Of a stretch of DNA of 64,000 nucleotides, positions 29,241-42,460 are shown piece after piece. Each line of letters opens with the position of its first letter. Positions within the stretch are counted from its first letter, which is position 1. Position numbers and translations under genes: made by a program. This DNA comes from an uncultured Acidobacteriota bacterium (GTDB lineage: Bacteria; Acidobacteriota; Thermoanaerobaculia; Gp7-AA8): the NCBI GenBank assembly GCA_963741955.1, contig CAVUKB010000009.1:53165-117164 (forward strand). The letters are read 5' to 3'. The notes beneath the pieces were generated by a model. That model was not told the origin of the DNA. It saw only the letters and a program-made list of their open reading frames with translations, and made no database searches.

Positions 29241-30752
29241 ATGGCAGAGAAGCAGACGAACGGCAGTCTCATTCGTAACCCGATCAGTCTGATCGGACTA
29301 CTCATCGCGCTGGTCAGCCTCGCGAATATCCTCTTTCTGGTCTACGTAGAAGTCAGCGGCATCGAATCGAAGCCGTACATCGGCGTCCTGGCTTACATGG
29401 TCATGCCGGGAGTGATGGGCTTCGGTCTCGTCGTCGTCCTCGCGGGGATGCTCTGGGAAAGACGGAGACGGCACCATCTCGCTCCCGGCGAAGTGACCCG
29501 TTTCCCGAGGCTCGACCTGAATGACCCGCGGACCCGCCGGAACGTCTTCCTCTCCGTCGCCGGCGCCGCGATCTTCATCTTCATCAGCACCATGGGCAGC
29601 TATCAGGCGTACGAATACACCGATTCGGTGAAATTCTGCGGTCAGCTCTGCCACGGAGTGATGAATCCCGAATACACGGCTTATCTTCAGTCGCCGCACG
29701 CGCGCGTCGCCTGCGTCGAATGCCACGTCGGCCCGGGCGCGGGGTGGTACGTCCGCTCGAAGCTCTCCGGCGCGTACCAGGTCTACGCGACCGTCCTCAA
29801 CAAATTCCCGCGGCCGATCCCGACTCCGGTCGAGAATCTCCGTCCCGCTCAGCAGACGTGCGAGCAGTGCCACTGGCCGGAGAAGTTCTGGGGCGCGCAG
29901 CTGAAGGTCTTCAACCACTTCGGCTACGATGAGCAGAACACTCCGCGCGAAGTGCAGCTCCTGATCAAGACCGGCGGCGGAAGCCCGACCGGTGGCCTCA
30001 CCGCCGGTATCCACTGGCACATGAACATCGCCAACGAGATCACCTACGTCGCGACCGATGCTCAGCGGCAGACGATTCCGTGGGTTCAGCTCCGGGACCG
30101 GAAAACCGGAAAGACCGTCGTCTACGTGGCGAAGGATTCGGAAGTCAAGCCCGAACAGCTCGCGCAGATGCCGAAGCGCGTGATGGACTGCATCGACTGC
30201 CACAACCGCCCCACGCACATCTACGTCCCTCCCGACCAGTCGGTCGACCGGGCCATGCTCGCAGGGCGGATCGCCCCCGATCTTCCGTTCATCAAACAGC
30301 AGGTGGTCGACGCACTGAGCGCGTCATACAACACCACCCCCGAGGCGGTTCAGTCGATCGCGAAGAAGATGAACGACTACTACCAGACCACGTATCCTCA
30401 GATCTACGGTTCGAAGAAGGCCGAGATCGACCGCGCGGTCGCCACCACTCAGGACATCTTCCAGAAGACCATCTTCCCGGAAATGAAAGTGGACTGGAAG
30501 GTTCATCCGAACAACGTGGGTCATCTCTATTACAAGGGGTGCTTCCGCTGCCACGACGACCAGCACGTGAGCTCGGATGGAAAGGTCATCACCAAGGCAT
30601 GCAACTCGTGCCATACCGTGCTCGAGCAGCGGGAGAAGGACGTCCTCATGGTCCAGGAGCCGTCCAAGCCCTTCGAGCACCCGGTCGACCTCGGAGACCT
30701 GACCGACTACGTCTGTGCCGACTGCCACACCGGCGGCGGCTCACCCGGATGA
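29241..30752 (+). CDS. ImcH-like NapC/NirT-family heptaheme cytochrome c
   Basis: Three N-terminal TM helices. CGQLCH plus six CxxCH (CVECH, CEQCH, CIDCH, CFRCH, CNSCH, CADCH). NapC signature MNPEYTAYLQSPHARVACVECHVG. Confidence 0.88.
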   Translation: MAEKQTNGSLIRNPISLIGLLIALVSLANILFLVYVEVSGIESKPYIGVLAYMVMPGVMGFGLVVVLAGMLWERRRRHHLAPGEVTRFPRLDLNDPRTRRNVFLSVAGAAIFIFISTMGSYQAYEYTDSVKFCGQLCHGVMNPEYTAYLQSPHARVACVECHVGPGAGWYVRSKLSGAYQVYATVLNKFPRPIPTPVENLRPAQQTCEQCHWPEKFWGAQLKVFNHFGYDEQNTPREVQLLIKTGGGSPTGGLTAGIHWHMNIANEITYVATDAQRQTIPWVQLRDRKTGKTVVYVAKDSEVKPEQLAQMPKRVMDCIDCHNRPTHIYVPPDQSVDRAMLAGRIAPDLPFIKQQVVDALSASYNTTPEAVQSIAKKMNDYYQTTYPQIYGSKKAEIDRAVATTQDIFQKTIFPEMKVDWKVHPNNVGHLYYKGCFRCHDDQHVSSDGKVITKACNSCHTVLEQREKDVLMVQEPSKPFEHPVDLGDLTDYVCADCHTGGGSPG

Positions 30753-30760
30753 GGAAAGCA

Positions 30761-30833
30761 TCGAGGATCTACGATCTAGAATCTAGGATCTGAAAAGCAT
30801 CTAGGATCTGGGATCTAGGATCGAGGATCTGAA
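30761..30833. repeat. Short heptamer tandem repeat (TCTAGGA consensus)
   Basis: tcgagga tctacga tctagaa tctagga tctgaaa agca tctagga tctggga tctagga tcgagga tctgaa. Confidence 0.85.
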
Positions 30834-31111
30834 CGGCATCGATGATTTGAGATCAGACGTCCCGGCGTGATGGTTCAGCACGGGCCTCCTTCGGGAGGCC
30901 CGTTCGGTCCGGGGGTGCGGATCCTCCGATCCGCCGCGAGGATCGGGTTGTACGCGAGGAAAGCGGCGGATGAAGGGCGAGCGCGGAGCGTCGGTCCCGC
31001 AACCGCGCCGGATGCAGACGCTGCTTCGCTTCTGCCACCGGCATCGTCTCGGTCCGCTCGGAACGCGATTCGCGCGGCGCTCCCCACGGGCGCGGAGATT
31101 GCCGGCCGGTT

Positions 31112-31176
31112 GTTTCCGTTCGTCACTCGGAGCGGTGACGCACGTCATAGGGAAACTCCCAAGCCCCCTCTATAAC
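31112..31176 (+). promoter_or_regulatory. Crp/Fnr class II promoter of the candidate ncRNA
   Basis: GGTGA-cgcacg-TCATA (31134-31149), a TCACT half-site 22 bp upstream, -10 TATAAC (31171-31176). Box centre is -41.5 from predicted +1 at 31183. Confidence 0.65.
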
Positions 31177-31182
31177 TGTTTT

Positions 31183-31652
31183 CGGAACGCGAGTTCTTTG
31201 AATTTTGATCTGATTTCAGGTTTGGAGGGCTGGACCTCTCGGATGCCTGCACCCACGGTCGGATGACGAATCGTTCTCTCGATCATGGTGGCGCTCCTGC
31301 TCGTACTCTCCATCCGCCGGATCTCACGCCGTCGAAGCGCAGCATCAGCCCGGTTTACTCGGAGATGCCTCCTCCTTTCTGCGAGGCTGATGCGACGCTC
31401 GGTGGAATGCCGTTCACGATGGTTCGATCCGGTTTGTTCGTCGCGTTCCTGCCGCGACGGACCAAGCAAGTCGCCCTGCTTGTGATGACGACTCTCGGTC
31501 ACCTTGCCACCTTTCGTGCTCTGAAAAGGACCATGGTTCCGGTCAACGAGCTCGCGGCGCCACTCGTCCTTCGACAGCAGGTATTCGAATCCAGCCCTCC
31601 GATTTACCTCCTTTTCTCTCGAGCCGCGCGGCCCTTCGCGCGGCTTTTTTTT
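31183..31652 (+). ncRNA. Candidate structured ncRNA (~470 nt)
   Basis: Closing helix GGAGGGCTGGA (31224-31234) / TCCAGCCCTCC (31590-31600) plus TCGGATGCCTGC / GCAGGTATTCGA. Internal hairpins, upstream promoter, downstream terminator, no convincing ORF. Confidence 0.55.
31622..31652 (+). terminator. Strong intrinsic terminator
   Basis: AGCCGCGCG-gccctt-CGCGCGGCT followed by a T-run to 31652. Confidence 0.88.
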
Positions 31653-31725
31653 GTCCGCCGGACAGCCGCTCACCCCTCCTTCTCTCCGAAGGCGCCGGAA
31701 TGTCTCTTACCGGTGCCGGAACTCG

Positions 31726-31790
31726 TGTGATTGGAGTCACATCGGCACTTGACCGGAGTCATAACTGCGGCGGACGAGCGGTCCTATAGT
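31726..31790 (+). promoter_or_regulatory. Tandem Crp/Fnr boxes with -10 element (PFOR promoter)
   Basis: Perfect TGTGA-ttggag-TCACA (31726-31741), CTTGA-ccggag-TCATA (31748-31763), -10 TATAGT (31785-31790). Proximal box at -41.5. Confidence 0.8.
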
Positions 31791-31816
31791 GCGAATCAGA
31801 GCGGAAAGGAATCCAA

Positions 31817-35518
<3,702 letters not shown>

Positions 35519-35548
35519 ACATCGCCCCTTCCTGCTCGCTGCACCGGG

Positions 35549-35578
35549 ACCGGCGCCTGAAAGGGCGCCGGTTTTTTT
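35549..35578 (+). terminator. Intrinsic terminator after PFOR
   Basis: ACCGGCGCC-tgaaag-GGCGCCGGT followed by a T-run. Confidence 0.88.
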
Positions 35579-36285
35579 CGCGGGGTGTGAAGGCGGCGGA
35601 GTCCCGGAGGAACCGCCGTATCCGAGGAGCGCCGGCTTCCAGCCGGCTGCGGTCAGGCCTCCGCGCCTGACCGGGGAGCTCGAGACACGGACGGCCGCAG
35701 ATTTCCTGAATGATCGACTGCTTCATGGCCATTCGCACACAAGAGATTCCGGCGCGCACCATGGACATCCGCGTCGTCACCGTTCAATATTCGCTCGGTG
35801 TCACGAGGCTCCGTCTACTCCCACTCGTGTTCGACCGGATCCTCGACGAGAGCGAGATCTTGGCGTAAGTCCCAGTGCCGTGGGCACGGTTGACAATTGC
35901 CCCAGGTCGCATCGGAAGCGCGGCTCCCGCCCATCGCCGCGCGAGGTGAGGTAGAAGAGAGCGCCGGGGGGGAACTCGAGGCGACGCGGTTGCGACAAGG
36001 TCCGAGGATACCTCGGTGTTCGCGAGATACTGAGAGTCCTACTTTTCGTAGAATCCATCCGACCACGAACGCCTGCGGGAGGCCGTCCGGTAAGCCAGCA
36101 GCCGGTGTCGTACAGTGTCGCGCGGCAAGCGATCCGGCGAAGTAGACTTAGGACCGAGGGTCGAGAGGAAGGTCTGACCGAAGCTTGGGTTCCGTCCGCG
36201 TTCGAGGACTTCACCGGTTCGGCAGAGTAGCGCCGCTATTTTGTCGAGAGGGTAGGGAAAAGGCGGTCTCAGACACTCCTCTAAC

Positions 36286-36693
36286 ATGACGCCACAAACA
36301 CTACGCCGAATTGCCCGAAAATACCTTCTCGACTGCTTTCGTCATGGGACCGCCGTTCGCGCCTCCGAGCTGGCCTCGCAGATCGGAACCTCGCCGTCGC
36401 AGCTCAGTCGATTGTTCGCAATGTCTGGGCTCGGAGCTCCTTCCGCTTACCTGAAGGGCCATCAGCGACGGCGGGCGTTCGCGCTCGTTCACAGGACGAC
36501 GCTCCCTGCGCACATCGTCGCACTCCGAAGCGGCTTTGGGACTCCCCGGACCTTCCAGCGAGTCAGGGAAGCGTACCGAAAATCGTGTGGCGGTTGCGAT
36601 GCGGGTTGTCAAGAAATGTCGCTCGACAGGTGCTGGTGTGGCTTGATAAAGTCCGCGCCCAAATTCGACCTGTCTTCACAAAGACGTCGTTGA
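36286..36693 (+). CDS. Stand-alone AraC-type HTH protein (C-terminus possibly frameshifted)
   Basis: ASELASQIGTSPSQLSRLF...PSAYLK...TTLPAHIVALRSGFGTPRTFQR double-HTH pattern; no effector domain. Confidence 0.65.
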   Translation: MTPQTLRRIARKYLLDCFRHGTAVRASELASQIGTSPSQLSRLFAMSGLGAPSAYLKGHQRRRAFALVHRTTLPAHIVALRSGFGTPRTFQRVREAYRKSCGGCDAGCQEMSLDRCWCGLIKSAPKFDLSSQRRR

Positions 36694-36742
36694 TCCCGAT
36701 CTCGCAGATCTCGATTTCACGATCGTGCCAAGGAGAGAACCA

Positions 36743-37366
36743 ATGCGCCGTTTCGCGCTCATCCCGACGATCTTCTTCATACTCCTGACTCCTTCGATGG
36801 CCTCGGCGGTCGGAATCGAGTTCTCCGATTCGGATCTGATCGTCACCGGGGTCACTCCCGGCGGCTCCGTCAGCGTCTTCGGAGAGGAAAGTGAGCCGAA
36901 GACCTACTGGACGAACTTCGTCCGGAAAGACGAGTTCCTCTCCGACGCCGACGCCGACGGAGTCGTTCGGCTGGAGGGAGTCGTCCTTCCGAAGTCGGTC
37001 TGGGTTGCCGTCGACCTGACGACCGGGGACTACGCGGTCGCATCACCTCCGGGATTTCCGCTGCAGCGATTCGATCTTCCAGGGAACGCGCTCGAACAGG
37101 GTGCTCCAGGTCAGTTCAACAAGCTCCGAAAGGAAATCAACTTCGCCGAGATCTTCTGGTGCCGCCCAGGGGTTGGAGCATGGAAGGCGACGGCCGGGGA
37201 CGACGGCGAGACGGACGAAGACGGCGCAGCCGACGGCAAAATCGAAATCTCGCCCGCGGGGTTCACGGGCCCGAGTCCGGCCCCTCAGCACTTCCAGCGC
37301 GGTGACGTGATCGCTCTCATACACCCCTACACTCTCCAGGTCTTCGTGACGAAGGTGGGACGATGA
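36743..37366 (+). CDS. Secreted beta-rich hypothetical protein, translationally coupled to rhs
   Basis: AAGGAG RBS, signal peptide MRRFALIPTIFFILLTPSMASA, ATGA overlap with the rhs start. Confidence 0.8.
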   Translation: MRRFALIPTIFFILLTPSMASAVGIEFSDSDLIVTGVTPGGSVSVFGEESEPKTYWTNFVRKDEFLSDADADGVVRLEGVVLPKSVWVAVDLTTGDYAVASPPGFPLQRFDLPGNALEQGAPGQFNKLRKEINFAEIFWCRPGVGAWKATAGDDGETDEDGAADGKIEISPAGFTGPSPAPQHFQRGDVIALIHPYTLQVFVTKVGR

Positions 37367-40300
37367 AGAAGTCGAGCCTCCTCCTCCTCGCGCTCCTCGC
37401 ATTCGCCGTGGCGCTGCACGCGCAACAACATCCCAACGTGCAACAGGGGTTCAAGGCGAACAACGCGTTCTCCAGCTTCGGTCCCGACAGCGTCAACGAA
37501 TTCAACGGGAATCTCGTGATCACGATCCCGATCGGTCAGTCGTATCCCCTGTCGGAGAACTTCAGTTACGCGATCACTCTGACCTACAATTCGAACGTCT
37601 GGGATTTCGTGACTCGCGATTACACGTACACGCAGGCGCTCCCCTGCGTTCGCTGCAACGCGGGGTTCGGCTGGCTCGTGAGTCTCGGGCGCATCGTGAA
37701 GCCGGGAGACGTGTTGAACAACACGAACGGCTGGCACCTCATCGATCCAAGCGGCGCGTGGCACGAATTCAAGTACGGGACTCTTCATGGCGAGGCTGCA
37801 TCGGGAAGCCTTTGGTACACTAGAGATTCGACCTACATGCGCATGGATGCCTCGAGCGTCACGAACGACGTCGAAATGCCCGACGGGACGATCGAGCACT
37901 ACGACGAAAATGCCCGGCTCTCGGAGATTCGGGATCGTAGCGGGAATTGGGTTCGAATCGCCTACGACAACACCGACATCACCATGGCGACGCTCTGGAC
38001 GATCACCGACTCGGCCGGCAGAACGCATTACGTTCATTTCGAACTTGAGCCGTGGGAGACTTCCGGCTGGAAGTACATGGTGAGCGAGATCGACCTCGCC
38101 GGACCCCGGAACTCTCGCGCGAAATATCCTTTTGCGTACCAGGCCACCGGCGGATATGTTGCGCGCCACCGCGATGACAACGATCCGTTGACTTCAGCGA
38201 ACATTCAGGTTCCCTACCTGGCGCAAGTGTCTCTTCCGGAGTCGAGCGCGGGAAGCTATCGCTTCTCATATCTTGGAAGCAACGGCGGCAATCTGGTCTG
38301 CACCCCCGACGTCGCGGCGTGCACCGCGGAGACGCCGTACTGCACGACCGAAGGCCAGACCGGCTGCCGTCTCAACGCGCCCTACCACGACCCCGAGGGA
38401 TCGATTCGAACGATGACACTACCCACAGGAGGGTCGCTCGAGTACACGTACGAGATGTACACGTTCGGCGGAGACGAGCCAGGGAACATCACCCATCCCG
38501 ACGGAGTCGGCTGGCGAATTGCCCGTGACGCTGCCGGACAGGAGATCGGACGCTGGCGGTATTCGCAGGCCCTGACCGGTCACGCCTCGGGAGGTCTGTT
38601 CATTCCTACACAATCACTGACCACGGTCACCGATCCGCAGGGAAACGAGCAGCTGTACTACTTCTGCGCGAAGCAGGGCGACTACGGGATGCCCTACACG
38701 CCCGACATCCCGGACGGCGAAGGACGGTATCTCTCGACGGAAGCGAAGACGTGTGATACGTGCCCGCCGAAGAGACAAACCTTCGTCCGGTACGAATCGG
38801 ACAGTGCAACGTACAATCATTCTCTCGCCGACGAAAAGACGATTTACAAAGACGACCCCGCGAACTGCACGACGAACTGCCGTTACTCGAGCGTTTCCCA
38901 GTCGCGCAACGACGGGTTCGGCCACTACCGGCAGACGACGACCGGCGGCAACTTCGCCGGAAATAACATCGTGACCAAGGTCACCGACTACAACCCGGGA
39001 TCACCGGACTACGCGTGGAATCAGGTGTTCACCAAACCCGCCGACTCGACACCCTGGATCGTGGGGACCTTCGACCGGACGACCGTCAGCGACGGTACGC
39101 ACACCCTGCGAAGAGACTTCTGTTTCGACGCGAACGGACTCCTGTCCCGGGTTCGGAACGTGAAAGACACTTCGCTCAACCCTGGAACTTCGGCGAACGA
39201 CACCCTCGTTCTCACCCTGCGCGACGCGCTCGGCAACCCGGCGACGATCCAGTTCTTCGGAGGCGACAACACGCCCATGTGGAGTGGAGACGCCTGCACG
39301 GGATCGTCGCTCGGAGAATCGCAGGAGTACGAGACCTGGCAGTACGGCGTGTTGAAACGCGTCGAGCTGGTCGACCGCTTCACCCAGTCCGCCACCGGAG
39401 TCTACCCTGTCGATCGCGACATCGATCCGAGCACGGGTCTCGTCCTAGTCTCCCGCGACGTCGCGGGCGTGAAGACGGAGTTCGGGTACGACGCCCTCGG
39501 CCGCGTCACGTTCATCCACCCCCGCGACGACGGCTGGACGAAAATCACCTACACCGCCGCCTCGGGAACGACCCTCGCCCGGGTCACCACCGCGACATAC
39601 GCGAACGGCGCAACGAGCGGGACCGTCCTCTCTCAATCCTGGAAGGAGTACGATCCGTTCGGCCGTCTACTGCGCGAGAGCTGGCCGGTTCCGAACAACA
39701 GCTGGTGGACCACGCGCACGTACGCGATGAATGCATCGGGCTGGGTGACGAGCGTCACCGAGGCCAATCCAGGCGCGAGCGGCAGCTCGTTGACGACCTA
39801 CGGGAACTTCGACATGTTCGGCCGGCCGGGAACCGTGACGCCGCCTGACGGCGCGGCCCACAACGTCTCGTTCACCTACGCCGGGATCAGCTCGGTCGTC
39901 GCGACGCGGACGATTGCCACCACGCGCAGCAGTGTCGGCACGATTCTCGAGTACCCGGCGGCGACCACCACCTGGTTCGACCGCTTCGGGCGCATCGCCC
40001 AGGTGACGGAGCCCTCCGGAACCGCCGGGTCCAACGTGACCACGACGTACGGCTACGACGTCGGGGGTCACCTCGCGTCCGTCTGCATAAACTCCGGCGG
40101 TTGCCAGACCCGCACGTTCTACTACGACGGGCGAGGGGACCTGATCAACGAGACCGAGCCCGAGCTCGGCCCCTCCGGGTTCGGGATGACGGCGTTCCTC
40201 TCGTACGATGCCCGGGGAAATCCCAGCCGGAGCATCACCGGCTCGTCCGGCGGTCCCTTCGATCTCTGGACCAGCTACGACGGGCTCGGACGGGTCTCGC

Positions 40301-42366
40301 AGATCCGCGAGACCCGCTATACGAAGTTCGATTCAAACGGAAACGTCGTGACCTGCACGATATCTCCGTACACCGGCTGCGCTCAGCGCGTCCTCGAGGA
40401 GTTCCGCTACCGCGACACGAACGATTTCAATGACCCGACGAACGCGCGGAAGGGGAAGCTCTGGCAGTCAGTCCGGCACAACTACCTCGACGCGTGGCAG
40501 CTCGACGACCCGGTGACCCAGACGTTCGAGTACCGCGGTGACCAGGGGCGACCCTCCTACCGAAAGACGGAGACGCCGTACGAATCCTTCAGCCAGAGCT
40601 TCGCCTGGAACGACCTCGGCCAGCCGGTCTCCGTGGATTACCCCCGCTGCCTCCACGCCGGCTGCTCGGGCCGCGATGCGGCACGGAGCGTACCGCTCAC
40701 CTACGAGTCGGGTTATCTGAAGAGCGTCGGGGGCTGGGCCAGCTCGATCACGTATCATTGGAACGGACTCCCGTACTACGTGACGCACCAGAACGGCGTG
40801 CAGTGGAAAGAAGACCGCCGTCCGGATGGAATGCCGATGCCTTACCAGATCACCACGATCGGCGGGATCCCCTCGGGGTCGAACTACTCGAGCGGCGTCT
40901 ACGCCTTCGATGGAGCGGGCGACATCAAGTCCATCGGGTCGGACCACTTCCTCTACGACAAGGTGGGGCGGCTCACCGAGTCGACGGCGGCGCAGTTCGC
41001 GCCGGGCGTCACCAAACAATATGCGTACGATCCGTTCGGGAACCTCGTCACCACCACGACGAAGCAGAGCGGGCATGCGGACGAGGTCTTCTCGACTCCG
41101 GTGTCCGGGAAGACGAACCATCTGTCGGGCGCGAGCTACGACGCGGCGGGAAACCAGCTCGGGTGGATCACGCGCTCGATGAAATACGACGCGTTCGGGC
41201 AGGTGGTGCAACTGCTCGACACGTACATGAATCAGGCGTACATCTACACGGCGGAGGGGGAGCGGCTCGCGACGTACGACGCGATGACGAACCGGACGAG
41301 CTGGAAGATCCGGGACCTCGGCGGGCGGGTGCTGCGGGAGTTCCTGAACGCACCGGTGAACGGGGTCGCGAACTGGAGCTGGAAGGAGGACTGGATCTGG
41401 CGCGGCTCGGTTCTGCTCGGGGCGGCGACCCCGCAGGGGAACCGGCATTTCGACGTCGACCACCTCGGGTCGGTGCGTCTGATCACCGACGACGCGAAGA
41501 ACGTCCTCTCCCGTCACCAGTACTGGGCGTACGGCGAGGAGGCGACGTCCGGCAGCCAGGACGCGGAGGTGATGAAGTTCGCGGGCCAGGAGCGGGATTT
41601 CGGAACATACTATCCGGACGGCATCGACTACATGCACGCGCGATACTATGACGACCGGCTCTCGCGCTTCACCACGATGGACCCGCTCGGCGGCAGCCCT
41701 GGCGCTCCGCAGAGCTGGAACCGGTACGGGTACGTGCTGGGCAGCCCGGTGACCCTGGTGGATCCGTACGGGTGGGCACCGGCGGAAGGTAGCAACGTTG
41801 TCGATCAGAACGGCGATGAGTGTCCCGATGGCTCGATCGGCCAATGCTGGACGGTGAACGGGAGTGAAAATAACCCGTCCTACCAGGGCAGCTTCTGGTG
41901 GGATCGCTGGACGGATCACGGCATCTTCCAGTCGGGCTTGGGAAGAAGCTTCGAAGCGGGCTTTCGAAGATACAGCCTGCGTGTGGACGCCCGCCGAGGC
42001 GACGAGCTCGCGATGGCAATGCTCGGAATGCAGCCGCAGGGTCTCGACGAAGACTATGCTACGGAATATCTGCTCGTCGCGCCGCTCATTGGTTACCTTC
42101 AAAACGTCGCGGTTTCAGAAACGGTCTCCGTTACGCGGTGGGGTCGCGGCGGCTTGGAGTCCGGAGACTGGGTCATGCAGGGTCCGCGAACTCCTTGGAA
42201 CTACTTTCGTAGTGTCAAGTGGCAGCCAGGGCTGGGTAACGAGTTTGCCGGATATGGGACTGGTGAGACGTTCACCGTGCCCGCGTCCACTATACGGTGG
42301 CCATCGGGCTCGGGGCTGGATGGCTTGTGGAAGGGTTTATTCGGACAACGCATCTATTGGCCATAA
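37363..42366 (+). CDS. Rhs/YD-repeat polymorphic toxin with Sec signal peptide (1667 aa)
   Basis: Signal peptide MKKSSLLLLALLAFAVALHA, YD repeats, core DHLGSVR...FAGQERD...YMHARYY...SWNRYGYVLGSPVTLVDPYG, and a ~195-aa C-terminal extension. Confidence 0.95.
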   Translation: MKKSSLLLLALLAFAVALHAQQHPNVQQGFKANNAFSSFGPDSVNEFNGNLVITIPIGQSYPLSENFSYAITLTYNSNVWDFVTRDYTYTQALPCVRCNAGFGWLVSLGRIVKPGDVLNNTNGWHLIDPSGAWHEFKYGTLHGEAASGSLWYTRDSTYMRMDASSVTNDVEMPDGTIEHYDENARLSEIRDRSGNWVRIAYDNTDITMATLWTITDSAGRTHYVHFELEPWETSGWKYMVSEIDLAGPRNSRAKYPFAYQATGGYVARHRDDNDPLTSANIQVPYLAQVSLPESSAGSYRFSYLGSNGGNLVCTPDVAACTAETPYCTTEGQTGCRLNAPYHDPEGSIRTMTLPTGGSLEYTYEMYTFGGDEPGNITHPDGVGWRIARDAAGQEIGRWRYSQALTGHASGGLFIPTQSLTTVTDPQGNEQLYYFCAKQGDYGMPYTPDIPDGEGRYLSTEAKTCDTCPPKRQTFVRYESDSATYNHSLADEKTIYKDDPANCTTNCRYSSVSQSRNDGFGHYRQTTTGGNFAGNNIVTKVTDYNPGSPDYAWNQVFTKPADSTPWIVGTFDRTTVSDGTHTLRRDFCFDANGLLSRVRNVKDTSLNPGTSANDTLVLTLRDALGNPATIQFFGGDNTPMWSGDACTGSSLGESQEYETWQYGVLKRVELVDRFTQSATGVYPVDRDIDPSTGLVLVSRDVAGVKTEFGYDALGRVTFIHPRDDGWTKITYTAASGTTLARVTTATYANGATSGTVLSQSWKEYDPFGRLLRESWPVPNNSWWTTRTYAMNASGWVTSVTEANPGASGSSLTTYGNFDMFGRPGTVTPPDGAAHNVSFTYAGISSVVATRTIATTRSSVGTILEYPAATTTWFDRFGRIAQVTEPSGTAGSNVTTTYGYDVGGHLASVCINSGGCQTRTFYYDGRGDLINETEPELGPSGFGMTAFLSYDARGNPSRSITGSSGGPFDLWTSYDGLGRVSQIRETRYTKFDSNGNVVTCTISPYTGCAQRVLEEFRYRDTNDFNDPTNARKGKLWQSVRHNYLDAWQLDDPVTQTFEYRGDQGRPSYRKTETPYESFSQSFAWNDLGQPVSVDYPRCLHAGCSGRDAARSVPLTYESGYLKSVGGWASSITYHWNGLPYYVTHQNGVQWKEDRRPDGMPMPYQITTIGGIPSGSNYSSGVYAFDGAGDIKSIGSDHFLYDKVGRLTESTAAQFAPGVTKQYAYDPFGNLVTTTTKQSGHADEVFSTPVSGKTNHLSGASYDAAGNQLGWITRSMKYDAFGQVVQLLDTYMNQAYIYTAEGERLATYDAMTNRTSWKIRDLGGRVLREFLNAPVNGVANWSWKEDWIWRGSVLLGAATPQGNRHFDVDHLGSVRLITDDAKNVLSRHQYWAYGEEATSGSQDAEVMKFAGQERDFGTYYPDGIDYMHARYYDDRLSRFTTMDPLGGSPGAPQSWNRYGYVLGSPVTLVDPYGWAPAEGSNVVDQNGDECPDGSIGQCWTVNGSENNPSYQGSFWWDRWTDHGIFQSGLGRSFEAGFRRYSLRVDARRGDELAMAMLGMQPQGLDEDYATEYLLVAPLIGYLQNVAVSETVSVTRWGRGGLESGDWVMQGPRTPWNYFRSVKWQPGLGNEFAGYGTGETFTVPASTIRWPSGSGLDGLWKGLFGQRIYWP

Positions 42367-42460
42367 TTGGGGAGACGAAGCTCGCGAATGGCCTGAGTCT
42401 CCGTCCCGACAATGTGGTGCGGGTCGGCTTGGGTCTGCGGACTACAGAGGGAGAGTAAAG

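Noticed and set aside
31577-31600. tRNA T-arm-like GCAGGTATTCGAATCC
   Set aside because: No cloverleaf; the sequence instead pairs with 31224-31250.
31170-31730. ORFs 31263-31730 (+) and 31170-31673 (-)
   Set aside because: No recognisable motifs, atypical composition, and both run through the terminator hairpin; the ncRNA reading fits better.
35520-36285. ORFs in the PFOR-to-AraC intergenic region
   Set aside because: No coherent protein motifs or consistent coding signal.
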